52,537 nt of DNA from Bigelowiella natans CCMP2755 (lineage: Eukaryota; Protista; Cercozoa). Below are positions 25,301-38,177 of the stretch, one piece after another (positions within the stretch are counted from its first letter, which is position 1; every line of letters starts with the position of its first letter). Position numbers and translations under genes: made by a program. The stretch spans positions 1-52,537 of the forward strand of contig ADNK01001741.1 in assembly GCA_000320545.1 (NCBI GenBank), in the 5' to 3' direction. The notes under the pieces were generated by a model. That model worked only from the letters and a program-made list of their open reading frames with translations, was not told where the DNA came from and did not search any database.

Positions 25301-25482
25301 TACTTTACGTCATGTACAAACACTGAAAAACGTGAGACTTCGCTGCACAGTGGCTTCCGAGAGGTGGCGGGAAGAAGCAAGTGCAAGCAAGATCCCCCCC
25401 CCCCCTCCCTCGCTGATCCCTGGCAAAACATTCTCAAATCTGACCGGAAAGGAAACTCCTTGAAAGGGAGACACGGTTTCCG

Positions 25483-26672
25483 ATGAGGAATGCATTGATA
25501 CTGATCGTCCTAGCGGATGTTCTGCTAGCGCACTTCATCACCCTTCCCAACCATGGAAGTAGAATTATGTGTAGTAAGAAAGGGCACCGAGCAACTGGTA
25601 GCAGGCTATTTCAAGGTGCCATGCCATACAGTATGAGATGGGGGAGGGCTTGGATAAGGCAGCCACCAGTGGCAGCTGCAGCGTCATTAGGTGACGATGA
25701 ATTCTCTCTGACGGCTCTCCAAGATGAAACCGAAGAACAGGAAAAGGAGACGGCCCCAAGTGAAGAGGGGGAGGCTAAGAATGTCGAAGCTGATGCATCA
25801 GTTGTTGATAATATAGAAAACATCGCGAAACACGCGTCTGGGTCCAGTGAGGGCGAGGATTCTAACTTGATCGCACAATCATCATCATTATCATCATCAT
25901 CACCATCACCATCCTCCTCCTCATCATCATCACCACTAGCAGAGGCAACGTCTTCCTCACCCATCCCCGCAGAAACTACCAAAGGCATTACAAACCCGGA
26001 CAGCCCACCCTCATTGTTTGATGAGGGACTTTCGGCCTCAGCGCCGAAATTCAATTTCAAACGGTTTCCCTCTGCCCCCCCCCCCAAATCCTCTTCACCT
26101 CAAAAATCGCCAGGACACAGCAGCAGCAGACAGTCTTGGTCTCCACAGTCGCCGAATAGCATGCAGCAACGCCCCTCCACCACACAGGCTCGGGCACAGC
26201 GCTATGCCAAGCACTTCTCCCCCCCCCCAAATGGAATGACAGTGCCACCTGAGGCAAGGCAGTATGGCGGGGTACAACAACGGTTCAACGGCAGACGCCA
26301 ATCGATGCCAACGCACACCTACTCTAGCCAGGGAGCGAGCAGTGCTACTCTTGCCTCGAAGAGAAGGAAAAACGGGGGTGTTTATGCCAGCTGGAAAGTC
26401 TTCAAGGGGAAGGTCAGCCTCCATTGCTGCTCAACCGTAGATTTCGAAAAATAAGACGCACTCGCCGCCGTACTCAGTACTAACGATTTAGTACTACTAC
26501 TGCATGTGGCGTGCTGCAGAGCATCAGTTTTTCTGAATTTGTTATTGACACGTTATCAATTCGTATAGTGTGTATTAGAAAAGGGTTGTCAGAGGTAAAA
26601 CTGTGCTGACCTTCATATATATATATATATATATATAATATAATATTTATGATACGGATGTGTTTATATCTA

Positions 26673-26724
<52 letters not shown>

Positions 26725-27105
26725 TTAATGTATTCTCTTGTCGCATGATACGGAATAGGGGGCAATGAATGTAGTCTTGCGGCCACCGGCATGGGAAGGT
26801 ACTGATGCTGATGTTTTTGGACTTTGCACTTGCGGATTATGATGCGGATATGCATGTGCAAATAATATAATGCATACAACATAAATTTGCTTTAACACAC
26901 AAATTCAGCGGGCGTTGGTAGTGCGGTCTTCATGGAAAAGGAAGGGGGGCTGCTCTTAGAGTTTGCTCCTTCCGTGTCTCAGCGGTAGCAGTAGCAGTTC
27001 TAGTAGTAGTAGTAGTAGAAGTAGTTAGTAGTAATTAACTACTGCTGATACAGAGAAAGGAAACGAGGGAGATAAACAAAGAGGGAAAAGAAGAGATAGA
27101 TCGAT

Positions 27106-27156
<51 letters not shown>

Positions 27157-27341
27157 AAAATACTTAAAAAACACACGCACTCGTCTAGGGTCTACGACTG
27201 GCAAAGCAAGTCGTCATTTTGCTTGAATGTGGGAGAGATGGGCAGCATCCTCGCTCTGCCCGCTGGGGACTCAGCGGAGTTCTTCCATGACCCTAATAAA
27301 GGAAAGGGGGCGACGGCACAGGAAGGACAAGTAACACTTGT

Positions 27342-27372
<31 letters not shown>

Positions 27373-27486
27373 AAGGAATAGGAGTAATAATAGTAGTATT
27401 CGCTCCTATGGTTGTCGATGTTGTTTCTTATACGATTTAAGAGTCAGTATAATGGGCAGTGAAGAACATATATGAATATATGCATA

Positions 27487-27552
<66 letters not shown>

Positions 27553-27969
27553 TCATACATATGTGTCTTCTATATACACCGTCGACTCAATCCACCCCCA
27601 TCGGCCTCCATCATGCAGGTTTCAAAGATCCTCCGACTGCAACCTGCCAATGCACAAAGTAACGGGAACCCCCCTCCCTGACAAAAACGACTCTTCCCCC
27701 GCCTTCTTTCCGAAAACAATGATCTCGCTACAAAGCTGCAGTCTCAACCATCAATTAGCCGAGAGACGTCTATTATATAATAACGTTGTTATACGTGTGT
27801 CACCAGATTCCCGGGACGTGTTTATGTCACTGGATATACGACAACAAGGGCAAAGCTCAAGTCGGGTGATGGTTCCCCTTAGCCCAGGTAGTATTCACAA
27901 AGTCCACCATGCATCGATGTGCTGCGGATGATTAAAGAAATGCCGCAGTTGATATGAAATATATAAATT

Positions 27970-28008
<39 letters not shown>

Positions 28009-28546
28009 TATACATATCCTTCTGGTGGGCCTTGAATGATGTCATGCAATTTGATGAGAAGGCATAGTGTGGCGCTTAATTTGCCGACCACATTTTCCCA
28101 TGAAAATCGTGCTGCATGCTAGTTGTATTCTTGTGATGAAAGCACACCCTCCCCCAATATAATAGGCGAATTTGCTGTATTGAAAGAAATAATAAGGTTG
28201 GAAGCTTCGTCATTCTATCGGGGGGGGGGGGGGGGCGACGATAAGAAATATACACTCACTTGCTGATCCTGATGTTGGGATGTATTTTAAAATCCATCAA
28301 AGACCAAACTACCAAGTTGCTTATGATCCTATGATTAGTCCTGATCAATGGCGGTTGGATATCACCAGCTCGCTGTACACGTTTCATTCTAAAACACATG
28401 TTCTGCTCGTTTCTCTTCTCCTTCTCCTTCTTCTTCTTCTTCTTCTTCTTCTTCTTCTTCTTCTTCCAATTCTTTCCAGATACAGCATACCAAGGTCACT
28501 AGGATGTGATCAAGTCATGGAGGCAGCGTTCTTCCAGTCAGGCTGA
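25483..28546 (+). CDS. Whirly-family ssDNA-binding protein with N-terminal signal peptide + transit-peptide-like leader
   Basis: Exons: VYASWKVFKGK|GAMNVVLRPPAW|..EKEGGLLLEFAPSVSQR|VYDWQSKSSFCLNVGEMGSILAL..AEFFHDPNKGK..|VSKILRLQP|..VPLSPG|EFAVLKEIIR|YSIPRSLG..*; these match plant WHY motifs (KGKAAL, YDW, FFHDP). Confidence 0.9.
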
Positions 28547-28649
28547 TGCAGCGACATCGGAAACTCAAGACATCGACAAAGCCTTATTATTGCATTGCGG
28601 TGCGAGTGAGCGAATGGATGAGTACTGGGCAGAGATCATCTTCAATGCA

Positions 28650-29215
28650 CAGAAGCTACATGCATGTGTGTGCTCATGTGTGTGCATTTGAGTCACATTC
28701 AAAAGGGCCTACGCTAGCATGCCAGAGCATGCAAGCTGCTATATGGTATATATGTGATTGCCGTGCTAGCGTGCTGTGACTGTATTTAGAGCGATGACGC
28801 TTTCTATAATAGCTTTGTCTAGTTGTTTGAACACGTGACGCTAGAGAGCATGCTAGCTAGCTAGCATACTGCTGTTAAGTGCACATGCTATAGCATGGCC
28901 AAAATGCACATCACAATACTAGAATAGCATATGTGCTATTACTGTGTTTATAATTAGCACATTGTTATTGCGGTGATAAAATGCCACAATATGCACAATG
29001 CCTATGTAGACATAAAGTCTCTATAGCGTACCGGTATACCATATGTAGCGAAGAACATATGGTGTGAATTACACATGTTCCCACGTGCGTACGCTATATA
29101 TATAGACAAAAAGTCTCTATCTAGCTATGTGCCATCTATGGCAAACGAGCCATGTCGCACATGTGCACGTACAAGGGCGCATACTGGCATGTGCCGTGTG
29201 TTTACATTGCTAGCT
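28650..29215. other. RY-alternating, palindrome-rich island between convergent genes
   Basis: GCTAGCTAGCTAGC, GCATGC, GTGCAC and CACGTG clusters between the Whirly and NSF-like stops. Confidence 0.75.
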
Positions 29216-29411
29216 GAAAAATGGAACGAAATACCACCGACATCAAATGTTCAAACGATTTGTTTGCATGGTGTGTATAATTGCAATGCAACAATAAATG
29301 CATACTGTTCTAGTGTTGATCGCAGATTGGAAATTTCACTGAAATAAAAATTGCTTTCACCGCATCCTAGGCAAGCGCGTTAATAATTTTTTTTTTGCCC
29401 CGGTGCACCCG

Positions 29412-31585
29412 CTATGCGGTAGTGTGTGCATCAATCTCAAGTAAAGCAGCCTCTAGATCTCCCACTGTTATCATTACCTTTATACAATGCACAAGCAAAC
29501 GCCATTGATGGGGGGGGAACAGTAGCTGGTCACAGCATTCACACCTGCCAGCTCTCAAAAATACTGCTGCTTGCACTAGGAATTTGTAACACGTTGTCGC
29601 CGTCGCAACGCTATATTATTTACACGAACTACCTCGTCTTCGTCTGGATATTTGCTTTCTGTAGCGTCCAACGCTCGCTGAAAAGCAAAAGAAACCATGC
29701 TTCGCACCAGCCCGGCGATGTCAGCTCCAGAGTACCTATTTGACACATCAAGAGTAACTGCTTGTTGGCTAATGTTGGCTGGGATTTGGGGGGGGGGTGG
29801 TGCTCATTATTACCCTTCGGTGCGTCTTGCAAGCCACCCTGAATCAAGGCGACCGCGGAGCATGGACACCTCCTCGAATTCGCCTACAAAATGACATGAC
29901 AATAATGAAGAAATCACAACTAGCATGCCCCACAGAGACCCTCGGCTCGAAAGCTGAATTATACACATCCGGCGACATCTGTATGTTCAGATGCATGTGC
30001 GGATTTCACGGGTACTCACGGCAACAAACACAAGGCACTATACAGTGACGTATTTGTGCAAACCAACCGTTGTCCAGTATCGGTCTTAGGTGGATATTGA
30101 GAATTTCTTGCCGCGCTTCATAGTCAGGCCGTTCAACCTTTATCTGCACCTGATTACCACCACCACAAGGTTCGACTTAGCTGACAAATCGCGCTTATTA
30201 GCTCCCCAAACAGTGGAAGATCTCGGCATGTGGGGCATTTCGAGCATCATCGTCATCATCAAAGTCATCACCATTCTCATTCAAAAACCTTCTAATTTCA
30301 TATTCGCATGAAAACATATCACCGACACCGTATCGTAAGTCATTTTCGAGAAAGCTCCAATATAATCATACAGAACAGTCACCACCACTTCTACCGCCAT
30401 CACCACCACCTCGAAGCGCCCTGGGCGCAGCAGTGCAGGGTCAATCAACTCAGGCCTATTTGTCAATCTGACCAAAAAGCGAAGGATAAGTTCGTTGGCG
30501 CTGCAACCAGCTAGCGGATTCAGGCTATTGCTTTATGAAAGTCATGCTAGAACTTCTGCTAGGAGATAACAAAAAAAGAAAAAAGTACCCTATCACGAGA
30601 ATATTGTCTAGCTGCTGAACGCCGTCCATCTTGGCCTGCACATCCCACGCAAACATACAAGAGCAAAGCAGCATCTGTAAACATCGACCCACAACCTAAT
30701 ATTCGTGCATTTTTGTTCGTCTAAGGGCCCTCCACATGGACTGAGAAAGGTTTTGTCAAGCACACGACACGCACACTTCTAGAAAAGGCGTTTCAGACGA
30801 AGGCAAATGCAAAACAGCATCTTTTTAGCATTCTGTGGACCAAGAGCTGGTTGCAGACTGAATCGCGAACTCCGCCATCCTCGACAACTCCGCGACGCTG
30901 TGCGCAATACAGATGGAAGAGGGCACACGAGAGAAAGACGAAAAAGAAGAAGAAGACGAAGAAAAAGAAGAAGTTGCGATCTGTGATGAAGAGAAACGAG
31001 GAGAATCGAGGAAAAACCGACAAACGGCAGAGGACGAAGAACGATCCCAAAAACGACTTTATGACTCTTGAATAAACAGCACCTTGAAAACTGAATCAAA
31101 CTCATCCATGATGATCACATGCAGTCCGGTCCTGCGAGGAATGGGGACAATAATTGCGTGATTTCTTGGTGAGAGAAGTGTGGCATGGTATGCTACTTCA
31201 TCAGCGCATATATAAAAATGTTTCAGTCTCCCACCAAAGCTCGAAACTACGGTGGTGAGGGCACGCAACAAAAGTAGAGGAAGAATGTAGGGGCTATAGA
31301 TAAGGTAATTAGCTGATTGACCCTTGAACATTGTTTCCATGATTCTGCTGGTCAACCTCCGCTGGGTAAAAGAGCCCTCTATGTGCAAGGGAAAAGGACA
31401 ATGGCCACAACACCGATGACGAAGGTTGCACGCACAAACAAACGCACGCGAAAGCTCACACAGCGACGTCAAATATATTCGAGGCCCCTTCTTCTTATTG
31501 AGGCTCTGCTGCCGCTGCTATTGGCGGTGTGTATGTGTGTGTATGTGGGGGTATGCGGTTGCCTGTGTTGGAATGAAAAGGGAGT

Positions 31586-31624
<39 letters not shown>

Positions 31625-32680
31625 TCGTGTGCGGAGCATCGAACCTGACAGTCTTTTCCGCATCACCGACGTATTTGCTCAGGATCTCTGGCCCGCTCAC
31701 TATGCTAACTGACCTATGATACGAAGATATGTACATGCAATACATGAGAGATAGAGAGAGAGTGCCCTCCTCGCGCCCACAGGGAGGCAGAGTGGTAGCA
31801 GGAGAAGAAGATGCTTTTGTGACAAAACATGGGGAAAACAGGACGAATGCTACTACTTTGAGTTGAGAGATCTGGCGATTTCTCTCGCCAGCAACGTCTT
31901 GCCACAGCCTGGGGGACCGTGCTGTTTTTATGCAGCATTGCTGTCAATTCGCTCCTTAAGTTTGAAAACAGCACCTGTACCGCTACAGCACCAAGTAGAG
32001 AACATACAAGTGCAAAGGTTGCCGCTAATGGTTCTACTGCTATAACTACCAAGAGCAGTCCCCTGACGTGACCGATGCCTTGGATTTATATCATTGTCCG
32101 TGCAACGACGATTTCGTATGCGACATAGAAAAGCACCAAACGTCCGTTAATATTCACATGCCAAACCCAATGAGCTAACTTCATCTAAAATCCCATATCT
32201 CCTCTCCCACCTCAAGACCTACCCAGCTCTCTCGCTAGATCTGGAAGCAGGACTCTGCAGCAGGGAGGGGGCAAATCGAAAAAGCATCAACACATTAAAC
32301 AACATCATTCTCGGGTTCGTGAGCATGCTGGCTCGTCTGCTCTATTTCCTCCGTTTATTTACTAACAGCAACGATCAGTGCTGACTACAACAATAACAAC
32401 AACTACTACTACTACTACCACTACTAATTACTACTGCAAGACATACCTCGACATAAGAATCCTCCTAGTGATGTTTTGCAGCGTTGAACTATGGCCGCCA
32501 ACACGTAGAGATATCTGGTGCAGGAACACAACTTATCCTTAATGACATATAGTACACTGATACACTGAACCAAAGGCCATGTAAGGCAAATGCCCAGCGA
32601 ACAGCGCTGCAAAAGAAAGGAAAGGCGAAAAGCGACTCTGGTGCTTGGTTGGAGCTCTGCCGGCGTACAATGCACATGTT

Positions 32681-32742
<62 letters not shown>

Positions 32743-33554
32743 GTGTGTGTGTGTGTGTATTGCCTTGTCGATATCGATCTGGGGAGATTGGGGAGATCGG
32801 TTGCTCCATGATGCATTCCGATGTTTTTCGTTCGTTTCTTCGTCTTTCAGGATCAAAGGTTGCGCAAGCTCTGCTCCCCCAAAAGCCAAGCCCTCCCCTC
32901 TCCACTTCGGGTTTTTTTTGCCTAAGTCCAGGAAATCAGCGGGGGTTCTCTCACTGCGCCGCAAGCTGCCGCAACTGTGGCCATGGCAAACGTCTATATC
33001 CTTCTCATTCATTGGCTCTTGTGCTTGTTGGTTGCTCTGCTTGGAGTCGGCTGGGGGATCCACCATCGTCATCATCGTCATCATCCTCTCCATGTCTAGT
33101 GTAAGAGACTTTGTGTGGTTTGGAGATAGAGTCACAGGCCTAAAAACAGCCAAACAAACGACGAGTGAAAATCCCAATGAGAGCGCGATGTATGAACCGT
33201 AGCAAACATCGGCATTTTATATACGCATGGCTGCACTATGTCTGTGTGTGTGCGTGCGTGTTTGTGTGTTTGTGTGTGTGTGTGTGTGATCGAAAGAGGC
33301 TCTATTTCCAAACCTGCCAGGGGGCGTGATCAACACTTCCAGCAAGACAATGGGACCCTGAGAGCCAAAGGCACCCGTGTTGGTCAAAATGGCGGAATGA
33401 CATGGATGTTTCGGGCTCCAAGAGATATGGAGAGCGATGAGAAAGAGAGAGGAGAGCATACAGTCGCGCAGTTGTTGTTAGATAGACACCGTTGAGTCAG
33501 ATTCGGTTGATATTTCCCTTAAAACACACATACACAAACACACACAAACACACA

Positions 33555-33589
<35 letters not shown>

Positions 33590-33652
33590 TTAGATCTAAT
33601 GTTAACAGACGCAAATGAAGTTGAGACATGAATCATTGGTCCCCCCTCTGGT

Positions 33653-33691
<39 letters not shown>

Positions 33692-33843
33692 TATTTCTTA
33701 TCTGCTACCTCATCGGTCCCCCATAAAATACCCAAGGTACAGGATTTGCCTCCAAGCTTCGTCGTGAAACCTTCGTGATTGCCATTTGATATGCTGTTTA
33801 TTTGTCTTCTTGTGATCAAATTTCGCTCGCGCTCCCCCCCCCA

Positions 33844-33886
<43 letters not shown>

Positions 33887-35394
33887 ATGTGTCATTTTGG
33901 CGCGAAATGTACCTCGGTCGTTATGCCTCCTGCCATCTATCAACATCACGCAATTAGCCATGTTGTAAAAGATGAAAGAGATGAAAATTAATGATCGATA
34001 TAGACTGTTTGCGACAGAGAGGGCGCCATCATTGGAAAATACTCAAATCATCTATTACGCATCCGTGGGCCCAATGCTTTCTCAGCACGAGTAAATCATT
34101 CCTTAACACTACCCGCATCTACAACTACCCGAGAATAGATAAGCGACCGCACACGCGCTCTTGTGCCGGCGCCACTGACCATCTTCTGCATAAGAAACGA
34201 GCCTGAATAAATGGTTATTATGAAAAAAAAAAAGCAGCCATTGGAGCTGTGCAATCATATCCCTATAGAGTGTGGTAATGAGACACGGCATCACTGATTA
34301 GTCATGAATGCTTCGACAGCTGTGTGGTTATCACCATCGCCATCATCATCATTATCCTCATCATCATTGTCGCGGTCGTCGTTATATGCACTAGCACAGA
34401 TAAACCTGGGGGATAATGCCGAATGACCGTTGTTGCGATAGGAACAACGAGGGCCTGCACTTTGAGATTCTCATTAGATATGAGCTGCATAAAATAGGTT
34501 CGTTTCAACTCTTATTTAGCATCCTCCCCAAGTCGCACCTCGCATGTCAGTCACCGAAGATGGTAAAGACGGCGAACAACAAGAGATAAGGAACAAAATC
34601 GCCATAATCATAAACTCACAAATATAGCCCTCGGGTTCCTACAAATCTAGGCTGGTGCCAATTTGCACTTACTACCTCGATCGTTGCGGGCTCTGGAGAA
34701 GACAAGCAAAACTTCCAGAAAGGGTGCTCAAGATTCAGTCTAACGTCTTGGAGCCGATTCTGCAACTTTGCCGTTTCGTTTCCATCCTAAATTGCGCGTG
34801 GGTGCGGTCAAATACGCATATTCAGCAGCTAAATTAGCAAATATTACATCGCCGTGCATGCACGATGTTGTCACGAGAAAATGACCCCATAGTTTCATTA
34901 CCATCCAATCAACTTTCCCCCCCACGAGAGCTTCGACGGCCTGTGTAAATATTCAAGAATTCTCCTTTTAAATTGTTTGGAACAACTCTGAACCGACCAC
35001 ACGCGGTAATTTTTTACCCTTTTATTGCTCGCATCCTTGGTTGTTACAGCTTGGGTTACGAGCCGTGCGTAGACGCTTTCTTCGCCCTCCCCCTATATAT
35101 AGAGCGAGAGGGTGATTATATGAGCATTTTGACTCACGGACACACGAAAAGCAAGCTTACATATGATGAAGGGGCCGGCAGAATTTGATTTGAAGCAATG
35201 GATTTGCATCGTCGCCTACTACGCATCGGCTGTGCGCCACGTCCCAAGCTTTCCATGCCACGCTGCCAATACCCCTTGACCGCACGCTTGGTGACCGACC
35301 TCCCACCAAGTAGGCGACGATGCAAATTGCGGTGTGAGAGCGCCGCCGTAGACGCTATCATGGCCATGATCACCAACATGTGAGAGAGGGGCAT
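29412..35394 (-). CDS. NSF/Sec18-like single-AAA-domain ATPase with signal peptide + transit-peptide-like leader
   Basis: Walker A GPPGCGKTLLAREIA (~31900), IVSGPEILSKYVGDAEKTVR, Walker B GLHVIIMDEFDSVFK, SVCNQLL|AKMDGVQQLDNILVIG|LTNRPELIDPALLRPGRFEV, YSGADIAGLVRS, stop 29412-29414. Leader MPLSHMLVIMAMIASTAALSHRNLHRRLLGGRS.. Confidence 0.85.
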
Positions 35395-35599
35395 GGCGGC
35401 GACGGACGGCGACCAGCGCCGTCCTGAGTACTGATGGAACCAACGTACGAAGAATGCCCTCTGTTTCCGACGTTTTCCGACAAATAATCATTGTCGCAAG
35501 ACCAAAATCCCACGGTGTGCAGCCGTCATGCTGAGCGGTCGGTCGGATGATCAAGATGCTCATTTCCAGCTGCACCCACCATTGACTGCTTCAGTGATT

Positions 35600-36120
35600 T
35601 GTTCTTTCATTCGCAACATTGCAATCTGGACCATGGGTTCCAAGTTTTGCTAGTTTTTCTTTGTTCAACCGCCAGCGGAGGTGTGAGGTGAGACGACCTG
35701 ACGACCTCAGAAAGTGCGTTCTAGCTACTTGGCCAGCTAGCCAGCTAGCCAGGCCCAGAGGCTGGCAGGTGGCACACTGCAGCTTGCACGCTGCTCTCGC
35801 ACAGCTAGACAGTAAATGATCACAATTTCGAAAGCTTGCAACTGTGCATGCTAGCATGGCAGCTGTGTGTGCGCATGCTGCCTCGTCAATGCTCGCTTTG
35901 CATGCCATTGTTGCAGTTTCAACACGCACGTGTGCACGTGCAGCACACACGTGCACATCAACGGCATTGGCGATGTTGACTAGCTGAGCATCGTGCCGCC
36001 ACGCTATGGCGCTGGCATGCATGCACGATCACTGTGATTATAGACACAGTTATTGTGCGTGCCCGTTTGTGCTAGTAGCGCACACCCGGGCAGCAAAATT
36101 GACATGATGCCATGCGCTAG
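35600..36120. other. RY-alternating, palindrome-rich island downstream of the 36529-41725 gene (weaker continuation ~36330-36480)
   Basis: GCTAGC, GCATGC, TGCACGTG and CACGTG clusters; low TpA outside CTAG. Confidence 0.75.
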
Positions 36121-36173
36121 CTAACCTTGCTGTTCCTTACATGCCGAAACGATCATGATAGACATGCAATATG

Positions 36174-36223
<50 letters not shown>

Positions 36224-36528
36224 CCATGTTGCTGTATAGCTGTGTCTATCATGATCGAAGAGAGCTTCCAATGAACGTGCACATGCCACCCAATGAATTG
36301 CTGAATGAAAATCTCAATACCCATAGCAGTAGACATTTTGCAGTTGTCATGTTCACGCTTGTGCAGTTCATGGGTAGATGTAATGTGCGCTGCAGGGCAT
36401 CATTGCACGTTTGTCGCACAAACCAATCTCGACATTGTGGCGTAGCACGCGTGGCGCTTGCTCCGTGTGTCCGTGTGCAAAAACAATTAATTTTTCTGAC
36501 CACTACATTTAGGGTGAGTAGGGTAAGT

Positions 36529-36752
36529 TTAGTCATCATCTTCTTCTAATTCTTCAATCATCTCAAGCTTTACGGCTTTCTCTATGATGTAGTCAAGAAA
36601 TTTTTTTAACGCCTCCTAACATATATTAACACAGCCAAGTCAAACACTACATCCGATCCAAATGACTTAGTTTTTTGAATTAATGGTGATGTGAATGTAA
36701 CGCAAACACGCACATATATACGCGAATATGTACTATTATATGTTTGTATTAT

Positions 36753-36788
<36 letters not shown>

Positions 36789-38138
36789 GTGTAAGCTCTA
36801 CAACATGTCTCACAAAAATACAAACGGCATCAAATATGGGTCGCCAAACTAATCCAGCGATCAGCAATTCCAAAACTTCTTCTTGGATTGGAAGTACAAG
36901 CTTACTTCTTTCGAATCTTCGGGGTGACAGGCAAAGGCTAGCCTAGCCAAGAGTTCCAAGTACTCCGGATAATCCGTGATGTATCTGAGCGAAGAAACAA
37001 TCAAAATGAATGCAAGACATACTTATCCTGCCTTTCTGTCGTATCACGTTCTGTGTACAACCCGTGTCAAAATAAACCCCTCGTACTATATTCTAATTCC
37101 ACGTTAAAACACACGCGTGTGCGCACACGCATTGGCAGTACCCTCGATCATCCTCTAAACTTCGTGCCTGGGAATACGCTAGGGCCTGCAAATATTTACG
37201 GTGCATGGAGTATTATGAGATAGAGAGGCGAAGGATGAGCAGGTTTTCAAAGCGACGACTCTTTTACCTGGTTGATGTTCCTTCTTATTATCCCGAGTGT
37301 GCCAATAGCCATGGTCTTTTTGCATTCAAAGCAACCAAAAACAACTTATTGGTATCTTTCCGCGGAAGATCCATCGATATCGACAGTCACCATGTTTTGT
37401 TTATTGCATACAACAATGCTAGAGAACAACAGTGTAGTCTATTCATGCGTCGGGGAATCTTTTCAACTACATATATTTTAGAACACAGTCCACGGCAACG
37501 ATAGAACATGAGCGAAAGATATTCGTCGATAACTTCCGGAAAGAAATCCTCTCATAACCACAGGTTCTTGGCCTTTTTTTAAAAAATATAACTAGCAACA
37601 AGCTGTGCCCCTCACCGAGATGAAGTTCCAGTATTCTTCGATTTGCATATACCTCGAGGACCCCATCTACACAAGAATGCACAGGATTCTGATGCTTTTG
37701 TTTTGGCTATGGATTTCAACATTCTCCATTCACTACTTCGTCACACATCGATAATTTCTACAACTTAGAGACACTACTGTTCGTTGCGGGTACAACCGTC
37801 TTATCCATATGAGCAAAACGCTCAAAGATGCTGTATACCCGTTCCAAGTAAGGTCCGTAAACCTAGGCAATTGCAAATTAACCCGGGGCTCACTGCTACG
37901 TGCTTCTTTCGTCCTACTCTCTGTCAATTCTCACCTTTTTAGTAGATTCCTTCTTCATGAACTCCCGTGTTTTGTCATCCTTTACTATTCGCGTATGCTT
38001 TTTGAGACACAGATCTAGCACTTTCTTGAACTTTTCCGACATTGTCTTCGAAAGGTTGTAGTAGTTTGCTGTTTTATACGAAACGGTGGCGGACGCAACA
38101 GTAGCAGTAGTTAACCACCATGCTCGAGAGTTTGGCTC

Positions 38139-38177
<39 letters not shown>

